From: Lama guanicoe
Taxonomy: Eukaryota
Assembly: GCA_013239625.1 (NCBI GenBank)
Contig: MU053319.1
Span: 62,001-126,000, forward strand
Length of the DNA: 64,000 nucleotides
Direction: 5' to 3'
A model generated the notes under the pieces. That model did no database searches. It saw only the letters and a program-made list of their open reading frames with translations, and was not told the origin of the DNA. The translations under genes were made by a program, and so were the position numbers. Of the stretch, positions 35,801 through 49,503 are shown piece by piece; the first letter of the stretch is position 1, and each line of letters begins with the position of its first letter.

Positions 35801-36827
35801 ACCTTCAGAGAAACTTCAGACTACACGATATTTAAAATGAAACTTGGTTTTGTTCTTCAGTAAATTATACAGGCTTTTTGTACTTACAGACATTTACGTT
35901 TAACAAATGTTGGGAAATTTTCATTTATCCTACAGAAAATGATAGCAATCTGCACGTATTAAATTTCAACTATGAATTGCCAATGCTACGTGCCAGATTT
36001 TCACTCTAGCATTTTTATTCTGTTCACTTCATTATATATGTTGGAGGTGTTGTAAATGTTCAACATGATTTTGATTTTCTATTTGCAATGGCTATGATTT
36101 TAGGTGGAACTAGTCCAGAGTAATTTTGCAGCTGTAAAAGCGGGCTTGTGGGATCTTTGCTTATTTTTTGCTTATTAACGAACCTCTTATAAGTTATTGT
36201 AATGAATAATGAATTGACGGCATGATGCTCTCTCTCATTAAACTCCGAGTTTCTGGAAGGAATATTGTCTTACTCATTTTGAGATCTTCAGTTCTAGTGC
36301 AGGATACAGAATACAGTGGATTTTATTGGATAGACTTTTTAATGAATAAAATAAATCGTATCCAACTAAGACCGTGTAAAATGAGATGCGTGGTTCCTCT
36401 TTCATTCGCTGCTTTAAGTTTCCAACTTCTTCTATCTCCTAGGTGTGTTGCTATCCAGCAAGGTTTCCCTACAAACACTACCTAAAATTTTAACCAAGCA
36501 ACAGCATAATTTCCTCTCCAAATTACCACCTTCAGAGATGATACATTTACACACATTCCAAAACAGTTGGGGAACCCTGCTATTTGAAATGATATTTGTG
36601 TCCACTAATTATACAGCTTTAGCATATGAGGATTGTAAACTTCAAAGAGAAAGAAATATCCTGGACAAATATTCACAATTCATTGGGAGAAACGAGCACA
36701 GATGTCATTCTAATATAACGATTGCTGTTCAGCATTGGCTGTTTCGTAGTCTTGAATGTTTCCTCTTTTCAAAGCCATCCTCAATTTCAAGCTATCTCCA
36801 TTCATTTCCTTTCTGCGGGGCATGAAC

Positions 36828-37321
36828 TGTGTGCCTCTTAGATTCTTTCCCTTCATTCCTTCTCTCTAAAGCACTTTCCCTTTGACCAGCTCACCCACCT
36901 GGATGGGGTGCACATGGAAGCCCTGCCCTGAGGCACTGAGCTCCCCACACGCCTGCCTTGTCTTAGACGGAATGTCACCCTGTCCAGCACGGGCTGTCGT
37001 CCCTCAGGGGTTGCCAAGTGGAAGGATGACGCAGCCCAGACACGCAAGAAATGTCCTTGCATAGAACGCTCCTTGACCAGTGAGACACCAGCGGGACAAA
37101 AAACACGCAGACCCATCCCTCCTCTGCCCTTTCATGCTCTTCTCTGGGTGGGGTTTCTCCCTTTAACCCTTCCGAGGAAGGTCTCATGTGTCCAGAGAAC
37201 GTGCCTCTCGCTGAACAAGGCCCTATTTCACTCTGCAGGTTGTGACGCAGTGGCCAGTTTCACATCTTTTTCTTTATCTCTCATCCTTTTTCCTTCTTCC
37301 TCAGCCCCTTGGACTTGAACA
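36828..37321 (+). mobile_element. Old ERV LTR (MER74/LTR68-like; family uncertain)
   Basis: GC-richer block with LTR-like motifs gaatgtcaccctgtcc, gaaggtctcatgtg..gagaacgtgcctctc and a terminal ggacttgaaca. Confidence 0.5.
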
Positions 37322-37369
37322 GCCCAAAGGAAGTGACAGCAGTTTAACCCAGATCTCAGCTTTCTGTCT

Positions 37370-37595
37370 TTCTTTCCTTCTTTTTTTCATTTGGAATATA
37401 GTGAGTTTAAAATGTGTAAATTTCCATTGTGCAGCATCATGTTTCAGTCATACACGTACATACATATATTTGTTTTCATATTCTTTTTCATTATAGGTTA
37501 CTACAAAGAACTGAGTGTAGTTCCCTGTGCTGTACAGAAGAAATTTGTTGTACATAGTAAACAAACTTATGGCTACTTGGGGGGAAGGGATAAAT
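37370..37595 (-). mobile_element. L1 3' end with 5' inversion (twin priming)
   Basis: Minus-strand tail at 37381-37550 joined to a plus-oriented upstream L1 piece at 37552-37595; degenerate TSD tcagctttctgtct/tcacctttatatct. Confidence 0.85.
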
Positions 37596-38934
37596 CACCT
37601 TTATATCTAAAGGACTAAATTGGTTACTGCACTCAAAAATTAAACACAACAGAATTTTGAACTGACTTACTCTATTTTTTAGGACATAATTTCTATTGTG
37701 TAAATTCAATATTAAGACTTTCATTGAATGTAACCTTTCCTTTGACAGAAAATGTATAGATGCTAAGTGGAGCAATTAGTTTCTTATTAAGACAATACAT
37801 ATAAATTGGTTTTTCTGATTTTTCTCCTTGTATAAATATGCACGTGCATTAAGTTTGTTGTCTGAAACAGTTTAACTTGAAAATGTATTTGGCTGGAAAT
37901 TATTTTGAAGGATATCATGAAAATGGGTGACACTCTCAACTTGAATTTTTTCATGATATAAAATTGTGAAAACAGATGAGAAACTTAATCAAATGAAGGT
38001 GAGGTAAGTTGCAAGCCAATAAAAAGAAACAGTTTTTTAAATAAGATCTAGAAAACAGCCAATCAGGACAGTACCTTCCACTGGACGACTGGTCAGCAGC
38101 AGATATGCTACAGGTTGAATATTTGAAAAGAGATAGCTAATTTTATGACCACGCATAGATATTCTCAAGGTAGGACAATGATATGGGTAATAAAATATTA
38201 AATTCAGGATGCAAACCGTTCACCTACATGGGTCAGAAATGAATTCCTTTTGCCCACGTAGTCAGCATTTGATTTTTGTGTGATGTGGTGGAGTTACTTT
38301 CTCAAGCATAAAAATACTTTAAGAAGGAAAAATAAACCACTTATAGATAGCACAAAGGGTGCCTTACAGAATATGGAAAAACATTTCCTCACATTTAGGA
38401 TTACTTTTAAACACTGCAGTAGGTAAACTAAATTATTATCAGCATGATGAAGTTGACCCCCACTATATGACTCAATTCTCTACTTTGCTGATGTCATGGG
38501 GTCCTTATCTGTCACATCTTTGTCTCATGCCATTTAAACTTGGTAAGAGTGATGGAGACAATATAGGGTGGTCTGGCTTTTCTAAAGAAAAATATATTTG
38601 TTTCCTCTGTACCTTACAAGATTGATAAAAGTGTAAAAGAATCATGACCAGAATAGAACATTCAATTAAGTATTTTTGATCAAATAAAATTCATGACAAA
38701 AATCTTAAAGGAAAAAGGAAAACACACGGCATGGTGAGGAAGTCCGTTTCCCGTCCAGATTTATCCTCCATCCCTACCCATCTGTCTCTGTCTCTGACCT
38801 GGACAGATGGTATCATCAGTAAAAGGGGTTCCCTGCCCCTGGCTTCTGCTACTTTGGTCAGTATGAAGCCCCACAACAGATTGGGAGAAAAGAAGTAGGG
38901 ACAGTTTATTATTTATTCCCCAGGCTGCTTCTTT

Positions 38935-39074
38935 TTTTAATTATCATTTATTTATTTTATTGTGCAGGAGGTAATTATATGTATTCAGTTTTTTTAGTGG
39001 CGGTACTGGGGATTGAACTCAGGAACTTGTGCGTGCTAAGCACACACTCTACCACTGAGCTATGCCTCCTCCCC
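38935..39074 (-). mobile_element. Vic-1-type SINE
   Basis: ggtactggggattgaactcaggaacttgtgcgtgctaagcacacactctaccactgagctat. Confidence 0.88.
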
Positions 39075-39654
39075 AGGATTCTTCATCTGAGGCTGGATGT
39101 TTCCCCGACCAAGGAGAGTCAGACACCTAACTTCATGTCTAATGTGGACACACACCATCTGTGCTTCCCGGCCTCCGTCACTCAGTCAGTCTGTGCATCA
39201 GTCTCTTTGGCTCTAAGCTGAAATCTCTACACTAAAGGAGCAGTGCATTCGCATCCACAGCCAATATGCTAGGACACGTCTATTTTCTAATAGAAATCAT
39301 CCTCTTTAATGTATTTTATTGCTGTTTTCTCTGACTCACATCCGCACCGGGAAATATTCCAACACTGACTTGAATACCACATTCCCCGTGCGTTTCTAAG
39401 TCTTAGAAAACACTGGAGCAAAAATTTTAAAGAGGGAATGAGGAGGGATGGAAGATGGCAACTAATGTAAATTCAGAAAGCACTGCGAATGCATCGAACC
39501 ATTGAGCGGCTTCTCATCTGCTCTCCGTTTGAAGTGTCTCCTCCAGAAACCATGTAATAGCAAGCTCACAAAACGCAAAGGGCCTCCTAATGGCAAGCTG
39601 CAGCTTTTCTGGTCAAAACTGGGGGAACTATGGTGATTGTTATCTAATGGGATA

Positions 39655-40005
39655 ATATTTATTTTATTTTACAGTAATCTACTTTTATAAATAGTGAGTC
39701 GTTAACATCTGCAAATCTCAAACTCTCAAACTTGTCCCTTCCCACCCACCTTCCCCCTGGTAACCATAAGATTGTTGACTAAGTCTGCGAGTCTGTTTCT
39801 GTTCTGTAGATGAGTTCAGTAGTGTCCTCTTTTTTCTTTTTTCCTTCTTTTTTTAGATTCCACATATGAGTGATATCATATGGTATGCTTCTTTCTCTTT
39901 CTGGCTGACTTCACTTAGAATGATGATCTCTAGGTCCACCCATTTTGCTGCAAGTGACATTATTTTATTCTTTTTTATTGCTGACTAGTATTTCATTGTA
40001 TAAAT
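39655..40005 (-). mobile_element. Camelid-type L1 3' region
   Basis: tgcaaatctcaaactc..ccctggtaaccataagattg..tagattccacatatgagtgatatcatatggta..cttcacttagaatgatgatctctaggtcca. Confidence 0.9.
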
Positions 40006-40415
40006 GGTATAATATTTAAAGACTAAACTGAAAGTCCCTCTTCCATGGTCAGTTTTCTTATTAGCACAAAAGCTCTGCCTCATTTTTTGACTCTCAGAAT
40101 AGCATAAACACACATTAGAACATTGAAAGGCTGAATGAATTTCTTTGATTAGAGCACACATAAGAGTCTGAAGTCAAGCCACTTCACATTTGTAGTGCTC
40201 TAAAGTTGGAGAGAAAAAAATGCTTTTGTTAGGGTTTTTTGAGTTTCAAGATGACTTAACTTTAGAATCTGAAGCCAAATGTAGAGGACAAGAAAAAGAA
40301 TTGACAGAAAGTAATGAGCAAGCTTAGAAGATAGAAGATGTAGCATACTAGCATAAACTCAACTGCTTTGCTTGGTGGAAGATGATCAAAGACTTCCCTG
40401 AATGAGGAAGATGTA

Positions 40416-40530
40416 GGGGATGGAAGAGACATAGCTCAGTAGTAGGGCGCATGCTTAGCATGTGTGAGGTCCTGAGTTCAATCCCCACCACCTCTATTAA
40501 TTAAAAGAAAAAATAATAAAAATAAAAATA
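40416..40530 (+). mobile_element. Vic-1-type SINE
   Basis: tagctcagtagtagggcgcatgcttagcatgtgtgaggtcctgagttcaatcccca, then an A-rich tail. Confidence 0.9.
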
Positions 40531-43190
40531 GTGAAAGGTCAAAGAGAAGCTGAGCAGGATCCAGAAGTTGCATGAAGACCACCGACTCTCCTGATAAAAG
40601 AAATCTTGAAGCCACTGCAAAGTTTTTATGGAGGAAAACTTCCTTTCAGTAATTCCAAATGTTATCCATAAAAACAGGGTCACAATTTGAGACAACTGTG
40701 TACAAGTGATTCCCCATTAGATAGAGAGCTCCATGCACAGTGTACACAGACTCATGGTAGGAACTCTGACGTTACGATATGTGCTTATTGAATGAATAAC
40801 TAAACCTTATGACTTAGTTTTTCTTCACTTTTGTGGTGATGCAACAGACAGAACTAAAACACAGTAAGATTTTCAGGAAGTTACCAAAGTCTACCTTTGC
40901 CAACAATATAATACTTTATGTTCACTTTCAATTTAAGGAGACTTTTATATATAAAAGTTATATAATTTTATTTATATAAATCATATGCATATATAAATAT
41001 ATTTTTAATGTGATCATCACATTGGCTTCAAAATTATTTATATGGTGTAATTTTACCAATAAAAACTGAAAAAACAATTTTCAAATTAAATCATATTTTT
41101 CCATCCTGCTATCCTTTCTCAGGAAGTTCAAAGGAATGAGCAGAGGGTCAATCCTGGCAAATACGGGAATCATTCAATTCAATTTGGTGAGAAATCAACT
41201 CCTTTATATCCTCTTAGAGCTGAATTACCTTCTCTGATTTCTTGTATACTCAGGGGTTGTCCAGGGCCATAACTACGGGTTTTGCATCAGTGTGGAAGCA
41301 GAGAAAACACTTGTAAAAATGTTTTAATAGTGGTAGAGACTGGCCCTTCCTTGTTTATCCCTGTTTTAACCCAGGGTGGATTCTAGCTAAGAATGAAGAA
41401 ATCGACCGTGTGGGTCTTTTTAGCTCTACAAGTGTGTATAGATTCACCCCGGGTTATTGATTCATGCACTCAGCTTACAGCACTCCCCCTCCCAAAGGCA
41501 TTACAGATCTCACCCAGGACTGGCTCTAAAGAACTCGAAAGGTCAGCTGAAGAACACAGCTTTTTTTTTTTTTTTTTTGGATAAATTTCTGCTGAGATGT
41601 ATGTGTTTTGCCCTCCTTTACTTGTTCTTTTATGAATTAGTCATGACATTTTTTTTCTTTTGAGTCTAAAGGCATCAATACTCCCAGAAGCTGTGAATAA
41701 ATTCTTTTTCACCAAGGTAATTAACTATTCCATACCTAATCCAGTGAAACAGGGTTAAGATTGCACTTGCTTGGCTAGAACTTTACTGAAGGAACATGTA
41801 TGGTTATTTTCTAATGTAATCCTATATGTAATTACAATGGAAAAAATACTGAATACAAGTATCTTTTACAAGAACAAATTCTAAATATTTGTATTTGTTT
41901 TTTAGCTCACAGGAAATAGCAGTTACAGGTTCAGGAACAGACTTTTACTTTTCCAAATAATGTTGTCAAAAAATATTTGTGTTTGATGCCACTCCTTGTG
42001 CAAATGGCAGCTGGACGATTTCTGATTTGTTTATTTCATAGTCTAGTAGCCATCCTCCAAACCACAAAAAAAATCATTGTTCACTCTGAAGAACAATTTT
42101 AAATCTGTATGAAGTATGTATTTCATGTATTACTAACACTGTACATTAATATATTAGTTAATATATTAAAACTATATGTATATTAAGTATACATATATAG
42201 TCATTTTCACTTAAAATAGTAACATAGATAAAAGTCTATTGAGTATGCCAGCTTCTTTTCTAAAACGTTTCATGAGAGAGACTCACAAATTAATTATGCT
42301 ACAAGGATTTTTGTTTGTTTACTGTTGGGTATGATTTAGGTTTTAACTTTCTCGTTTACTTAAAAAAAATCAAATTCTTTGTCTTCTTAATTTATAATGA
42401 AAAAAGATAAAGCTTTGTAAGGGATCTGAGCAATTCTTCCTTTGAAATAAAAAAGAAGATTAATACAATAGCAATTAATGGCTACATACCAGACTATGTT
42501 TTCCTCCAAAGAATTACAAAGTTCACCATTTTATCTCTAATTATCAGAAATTATATTGAATTGAATTATATTTATTCAATAAATACTATGTCTATATAGC
42601 ATGGAAGAATTGGTCATTTAGTTAAAAACTGAATAATTTAATTGGTTTAAAAGTCAGCATCCTGTCTACTGATAATTGATAGAAATTACCTTTTTTTTTT
42701 AAAATAGAACTCGCTTTTTACTACTATAAACTTTGTATCAGTGAGGACAATGCACATCATGACATTTCATGTAAATTTCCCTGACCTCCTTTGTCATCCA
42801 TGTCCATACATTCTGTGTTTATCAGATATTTTCCCTGACGCTCCCAGTACAAAATAAAGCATTTGCAACTTTAATTCCCTATGATTTAAGTCCCTATAAA
42901 AGAAACAATAGCCCTTGATGTAATTGTAACGACTCTAGTTCAGTTTTAGAGTTCCTTAATATTCAGGTTAAATAATTTTTCTGACATGTTTATGGATAAA
43001 CTTTATTATCATCCTTTCTAAAAGGGTTATTATGCGATCCTAAAAAAAGATCTCTTTTGCAGGTTACCTATTATTTGCTGTCTGTTTCCATGCAACTGAT
43101 TACACTTTGAGCAGTCGGGGCTCCGGGCATTTTAGAGGCAGATGAAGAAGCTGGCATTGCTGTGGAATCATTCTCATAGACTTGTGAGGA

Positions 43191-43200
43191 GGGAATTTCC
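43191..43200. promoter_or_regulatory. Perfect NF-kB consensus site GGGAATTTCC in unique sequence
   Basis: Exact GGGRNWYYCC match; nearby GAGGAA (43231-43236) and TGATTCA (43260-43266). Confidence 0.45.
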
Positions 43201-43824
43201 AAGCAGAAATCAGATGAGTGTTTGCAAGATGAGGAAAGGAGGTGCCTCACTCCCTTTTGTGATTCAGTCTCTACCTCCAGCTTTCTAAATGACCGTAAGT
43301 CATTACCATCAGGCTGTGCTTTGGAATTTAAAGAGAAAGCAAAATTCCTAGCCTGTAAAAGAATTAAATACCAAATCAGGTCACTTTACTTTAAAGAAAA
43401 TTTCCTTCTCCCAGTACTTTTCCTAGGGTGAGCCTTAGTCCCTTCTCCCTCCTGGCTGCCAGGAGGGTCTGTGCACAGGGTGGGGGTGCAGGTACAACAG
43501 CCTTGGCTGCTGAAAGATTAGGGGAGTCAGGAACAACTTCCAAAAGAGCACCAAGACTAGTTAACTATATGATATTGGATTTGTACCTGATGTTTCAAAT
43601 TTTTGACCTGTCACCACATACAAAATATTTGGACAGAGGAGCCAATTTAGATTAAGTGTTTTATAGTATTTTAGTCATAAATAGATACTTAAAGTGTAAG
43701 GCCCTCTGCTAATTATAAAAAATTCCAGTGGATATTTTTCCATCCCAGAGGACGCTCAGTTGTGATTTGAGTCCTTTTAAGTAAGCCACTTAAAACGGCT
43801 CCATTGAAAAAAAAATCATTTGAA

Positions 43825-44126
43825 GAGAAACAGATTCACAGACACAGAATACAGATTTGTGGTTGCCAGGGGGGAGGGGGGTGGGTAGGGACAGACTGGG
43901 AGTTCAAGATTTGCAGATACTGACAAGTATATATAGAATAGATAAACAAGTTTATACTGTATAGCACAGGGAAATATATTCAATATCTTGTAGTAGCTCA
44001 CGGTGAAAAAGAATATGAAAACAAATACATATATATATATATTCATGTATGACTGAAAAATTGTACTGTACACCAGAAACTGACAAAACATTGTAAACTG
44101 ACTATAACTTGATAAAAATATAAATT
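43825..44126 (+). mobile_element. L1 3' end with a perfect 16-bp TSD
   Basis: aaaaaaatcatttgaa at 43809-43824 and 44127-44142 flanking L1 3' UTR. Confidence 0.93.
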
Positions 44127-45926
44127 AAAAAAATCATTTGAAATAGTTCAGCCTTCCTAGGTAAGTTATATATTTGACCTATTATGTATGTTTTCTTATT
44201 GCAAAGTGTATAAATCTGGAAATATGAGATATGCACCATGAGTTCTGCAGGGCCACAGAGTTTATTTACCCAAGGATGCACAGCTGCTGAGAGAAATAGA
44301 GGGACCATGTACATACATTCATGTATAAATAAATAAATATATATATACACACACATACACACATTTTGTGTGTGTTTGTGTGTGCAGAGGATAGAAATTA
44401 TACACAGCTAATACAAGAGATTCATTATATCAACAAAGGTTAATTGCAAGGTTAAAAAAAATTTTTTTAATACATTCAAAGTGCCACCTGCTATAAAGAA
44501 CTTTCAGCCTGATTGTCCCAGGCAACTGTTTAAATAAACCACTTAGAAACATGACGGTGAGTTCATTTACTTAATCAATGCCAGGGGCCATGAGAAGACA
44601 CTTTGCAGCTTGCCCCTACCTCACTGAGAATGAAATGTTTCAGTGCCAAGGCTTCAGACAGGAAATTCTATTTAGGGAAGACGTGCTGAGGGTAGGGCTC
44701 CATGCCAATAAGAACTCATCTCATCCGGGTGAATTGTTTTCATGGAAGCGTACTAAGAATCTGGCCTCCATGAATATGTGGACACACATTGGAAGGAGCA
44801 TCAGCTCATAAGTTGACTGAAAAGTGTATCAACCTAGATTGATCAGTATTTCTAATTACTGAGTTTTTATATGACTTTAAGGAATGCAGGATGTCTGTAT
44901 TTCACTTTCTCATCCTGAGATACTGTTTTTAATTTTTTCAAAAATTTGCAAGAAAAAACAGGTATAAGAGCAACCAACTGGAAATCTGGAAATAAAAAAC
45001 AAAAACTAAGATACAGCCATCTCTCTAATAAAAAATATTGTCAGTTTCTTAACAATCCTTGTAGAGCAAAAGTAAAAATAGAAATAACAGAATTTGGGTT
45101 TCCCAACTACAATCTACATCTGAATTTGCCCTACGTTAGAATCTCCATTGTTATCTCCAGCCTCTAGCTCTAAAAGCCAAATGGAATTTCTTATGTATTC
45201 AGTTTTACAAAACCCTGACCACCAAGTCACAAAAATCAAACACAATCATGATGAAAAGCCACGTGAGAATTATATCAATTGTGTACATTTAAAATTTTTG
45301 ACAAATAGGTGAAACTGAATTGTATTTATTAAATTATAAATTTGTAAAACAATAAAATCATTTTTAAATAAAATTAAAATATCTAAATTATCTCAAGGGG
45401 AAGTTGAAAACAAAGTAGAACAAAAATATTTTTAAAAATCGCAGAAGTTCTCAAAAAATTCACTCTGAGGAGAACATAGGGCTCAAAAATATTTATATAA
45501 AAATTTCCTCAAATTTTCAAGAAACAGATTATCTCCATGTATCTGATTGGTTCACAACATATAGAAAAAGGTGAAATGCTATCGGATGTGTTTTACAAGG
45601 CTAGTATTTGGCTGTACCAAAACCAAAAAGGTAAACATTTTTAAAAATTTGTATATTGGTATATATTGAATAAATCAATGAATAAATGGCCTTTCTATTA
45701 TCATGCTGGGGCTTAGAGCTTTAGCTACTAAGCTTAGACTAAAGGTCCAGTGACCAGGTTGAGCTCATCAAAGCAAGGCAACAAGTTCAGTTGACCTTTC
45801 CTGAAATAAAGCCATTTTCAAATTCACTCACTACTGGTTTCCCATAGTGTGTATCTCTTTGACTTGCTGATTGAAGAAGGTATTGTGAGAATAATAACTC
45901 AGACACTATTATAAGTGGAATTTAGT

Positions 45927-46377
45927 TGTATTAGGGGGAAAAAAATTGACTGCAAACAACAACCTGAAAACAGAAGCTTAAATCCACTGAAAGGTTTTTA
46001 TGTGTTTGCTTTTGTTCCATTTTTCTCACTTAAATTCAGAAGATAAATGGTCCAGAACTGGTACAACTTGGGTGCCCTGACTCATTATCTCTTTGATATG
46101 GGTTTTTGCCCTCCTAGTTTACACTCTCCTCTAGGCGTTTCGTAGCATATTACAGGCAGACAGAAATCAAAGGACAAAGCCCAACGGGTGATGCCAGCGG
46201 CGTCTGCGCCAGTCACAAAGCTTTCCCCGTGCAGTGGTTCTGCCTATTTCAGCGTATATCCCTTTGGTTGGAATCAGTACATGAAACCACCCTTACACCA
46301 GTCATTCATTGCAAGGTGACCCAGGAGGAAGGAGTAGAGAATGGAGGCTGGGTCCCAGCCAAGGGCGCCTGCCACAC
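45927..46377 (-). mobile_element. Old MLT1 (I/J/K-like) LTR
   Basis: gactgcaa..aacagaagcttaaa..tttctcact..tggtccagaactggta..ttggttggaatcagtacatg..ctgccaca. Confidence 0.5.
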
Positions 46378-46769
46378 TAGGAGGTGACTAATCACTGTTC
46401 AAATGCAATTGACACTTCAGGGTTTGAATTATGTTGGAGAATTGTATTCCAAACGCTGTTCAACCACAGAGAAAATAACAGCCTCTCAAAGCCAGAAGAG
46501 AAGGATGTGTTCATTGCCAAACTCAAGAGGCTCACTTGCCGTTGCTCTCCCAGAGCAGTTAAATCAATTACACATATTAATGAAATAGGAAGGAAAACTT
46601 ATTGAAAGCTCAATGACAAATATGAGTGATGAGGACGAATGCTCAGTTGTCATACATTGTCCTTGTAATAGTATGACGAGTTCAGAAAAGAAAACGGTAT
46701 CTGACTCGGGGATATCAGCAAAGTGGCCAGAAAATCAATCCCAGTACAACAGGGGAGAATTATACAAAC

Positions 46770-47166
46770 AGGACAGACCTAGAGACCGTCATTCTCAGTG
46801 AAGTCAGCCAGAAAGAGAAAGAAAAATACCATATGATAGCACTCATCTGTGGAATCTAAAAAAAAAAGACACAAATGAACTTATTTACAACACAGAAACA
46901 GACTCAGAGACAGAGAAAGCAAACTTATGGTGACCAGCGGGAAAGGGGATGGGAAGAGATAAATTGGGAGTTCAAGATTTGCAGATGCTAACTACTATAT
47001 ATAAAATAGATAAACAACAAGTTCATACTGTGTAGCACGAGGAACTATATTCAAGATCTTATAGTAACCTACAATGAAACAGAGTATGAAAATGAATCTA
47101 TGTACGTATGTGCGTGACTGGGACACTGTGCTGGACACCAGAAATTGACACATCGTAACTTCCATA

Positions 47167-47215
<49 letters not shown>

Positions 47216-47400
47216 AAGATAGACAGACAGACAACATGCTTCTACTGTGTAGCACCAGGAACTATATTCAGTATCTTGCAGTAACCTATAATGAAAAAAA
47301 TGAGAAGTAATATATGTATGTATATGTATGACTGGAACGTTATTCTGTACACCAGAAATTGACACAACATTGAAATTGACCATACTTCAATTTTTAAAAA
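46770..47400 (+). mobile_element. Two tandem L1 3' ends separated by a (TAGA)n microsatellite
   Basis: L1 3' UTR 46770-47160; (taga)n 47168-47232; second L1 tail 47233-47400. Confidence 0.88.
47168..47232. repeat. (GATA)n tetranucleotide microsatellite
   Basis: About 12 perfect taga units followed by variant aaga/caga units. Confidence 0.95.
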
Positions 47401-49057
47401 TTCCTTCTTGTTATATCCATAGAGATCTCTCTGCTCTGAACTCGTTAGGGTGAATAGCCATTAAAAAACAAGTAGAATTTATGATCATTTTCTAATAACT
47501 TCCAACACTATCTCCTTGGAAAAGTTCTCTCAAACAACTTGTGAACCAATCACGGAGCCCCTCTGGCTGCACCGCCACAAACTGTTCGTGAAAAGAAGGA
47601 TTCTAGGGTTAAACAAAGCAAATGAAATGCTGCTCTGCCCTTTACCTTGGGATGAGGTGTGCTCAGCACCATGTCAATCTAGAAGGAAATTAAACATTTA
47701 GCTATCTTGGACATTGAAAAACTAACCCAAATGAATTAAATTGTACTGGTGATCACTTTCTGTAGCACTTTATGTTTTTCAAAATCCTTTGAACTACATT
47801 GTCTCTCAGAGAGAATCAAGACTTCAAGTTCCTTGTATGAAGGAGCACAGCTAATTAGTATAAATCTCTTCTAACAAACGTCCAGGATTCACACATACCT
47901 CCGACCTTCCAGAGGAAACTGCTGGCACCAGCAGACGGTCCTGGATGAGCCAGGACTGCATGGACTCCCTCACTGTCACTTTGCCAGCATTGGGTCACTT
48001 GCCCCGTAAGGGAAACCTTGACATTTGCCGACCCCTCACAAGATGCCTCCTGCCTCCTGAGACAGGAGGGACCTCACCAGCACTGGAATAGTCACCCTAA
48101 GGTTGGAACACAAAGCCTTTGCCGCATACACATGTAATTTATAAAGGATTTATGGTAGGAAACCATTCCAAATGTATGCTGTCCATGTAACATGGAAATT
48201 CTCAGTTACGATGACTATCAAAACATTTACTTTCCACACCATACACAATTAGAGCAGAATTTTAAGTATGAGAAGATCAAGATACATAAAGCTCCATTGC
48301 TTCAAGCTAATGCATTTCATAAATCTCCCAAGATGGTCCCTCTAGCGTGAAGCCATATCTAAGTGTTCAGTTCAGACCTGTGACGACAGTGGGCCTGCCA
48401 TCAAAGTGCATCAGAGTCATACCCTTAGTTGCGTTTTCTAGAAAGAATGTTCTAAGAAATAGCTTAAAACTCCCAAAGGAGGGAGACCACTCGAAAGAAA
48501 ACATTTTTGCATCTGGAACTTTGGATATGAACTGAGCCCCATGTTTCAGTCGGTGCCAAGGCATTTGGTCTGGACCAAATGTAGGAATCTTCAAGATACA
48601 TTTTTCCATAGGCTGTGAAAACTTGAAGAAAGTCCTAGTTTCTGGAAAGGTCGGGAAACAAGTGTAAATTACATTTCTTTTAAAGTTTTATCTAAGTAGA
48701 AGTCATATTCAATAATTTTTCTATTGTAATTTTACTGAGTTTAACTACTTAACAGATACAGCCATAGCTCCACTGCTCTGTGACCAGGTGAGAACATTTT
48801 TTAGAACAGTTTGCTTTCCTCGTTAAAGTCTAAAAATTACAAGTTCTATACTATTATCATAAAGTGCATTGACCATTTTAATAATCAAGCAAAATGCTTA
48901 TTTAGTTCCACAAATATCTTAGTGCCTGTGTGATTAACAAAGTTTTATTTGAGGGAGGTGCCCATTAACATCTATGAATAGATGATTTTGGTCATGTGCT
49001 TTGCCATCTACAGTGCTATTGACACAAATAGTCAATAACCACTATAATAGGGATTTT

Positions 49058-49480
49058 TTTAAAAAGAGTTTTATTTGAGTCAAACTGAGAATTATAGCTC
49101 AGGAGACACAAATTCAAGAAGCACTTGAATTGTGTTTTGCCAGACTCCAAAATAAGGGATGCTTATAAAGGTAAAAACCACTAAATTACTTGAGTTGCTT
49201 GTCATGAATGAGGAGTGGAGCTGGCAAGGAGGAAGTGCGCTTGTTAACCAAGGATTGGTTGGGGCTGGAAATGGTTGCATAGTTACAAAGGGGAGACCCC
49301 GAGACCATAAAGTTGCGTGTGGCAGCTGTTAGTAGATCCTGTTTTGAGAACAGCTGGTGGTGTTCTTGAGTTTGATACAGTTCAGAAAATTCGAGTACTA
49401 AGTGATGCAGAATGTGTCTGAAACCACAACCACAATGGCCACCTGGCTCCATTTGGAATGCCTGAACCACCGTTATGCCA
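49058..49480 (-). mobile_element. ERV1-type LTR
   Basis: gagttttatttgagtcaaactgagaattatagc..ggattggttggggc..ttcttgagtttgatacagttcagaaa..ggccacctggctccatt; AATAAA on the minus strand near 49072-49077. Confidence 0.55.
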
Positions 49481-49503
49481 TTTTTTTTTTATGGCAAGCT
49501 TCT

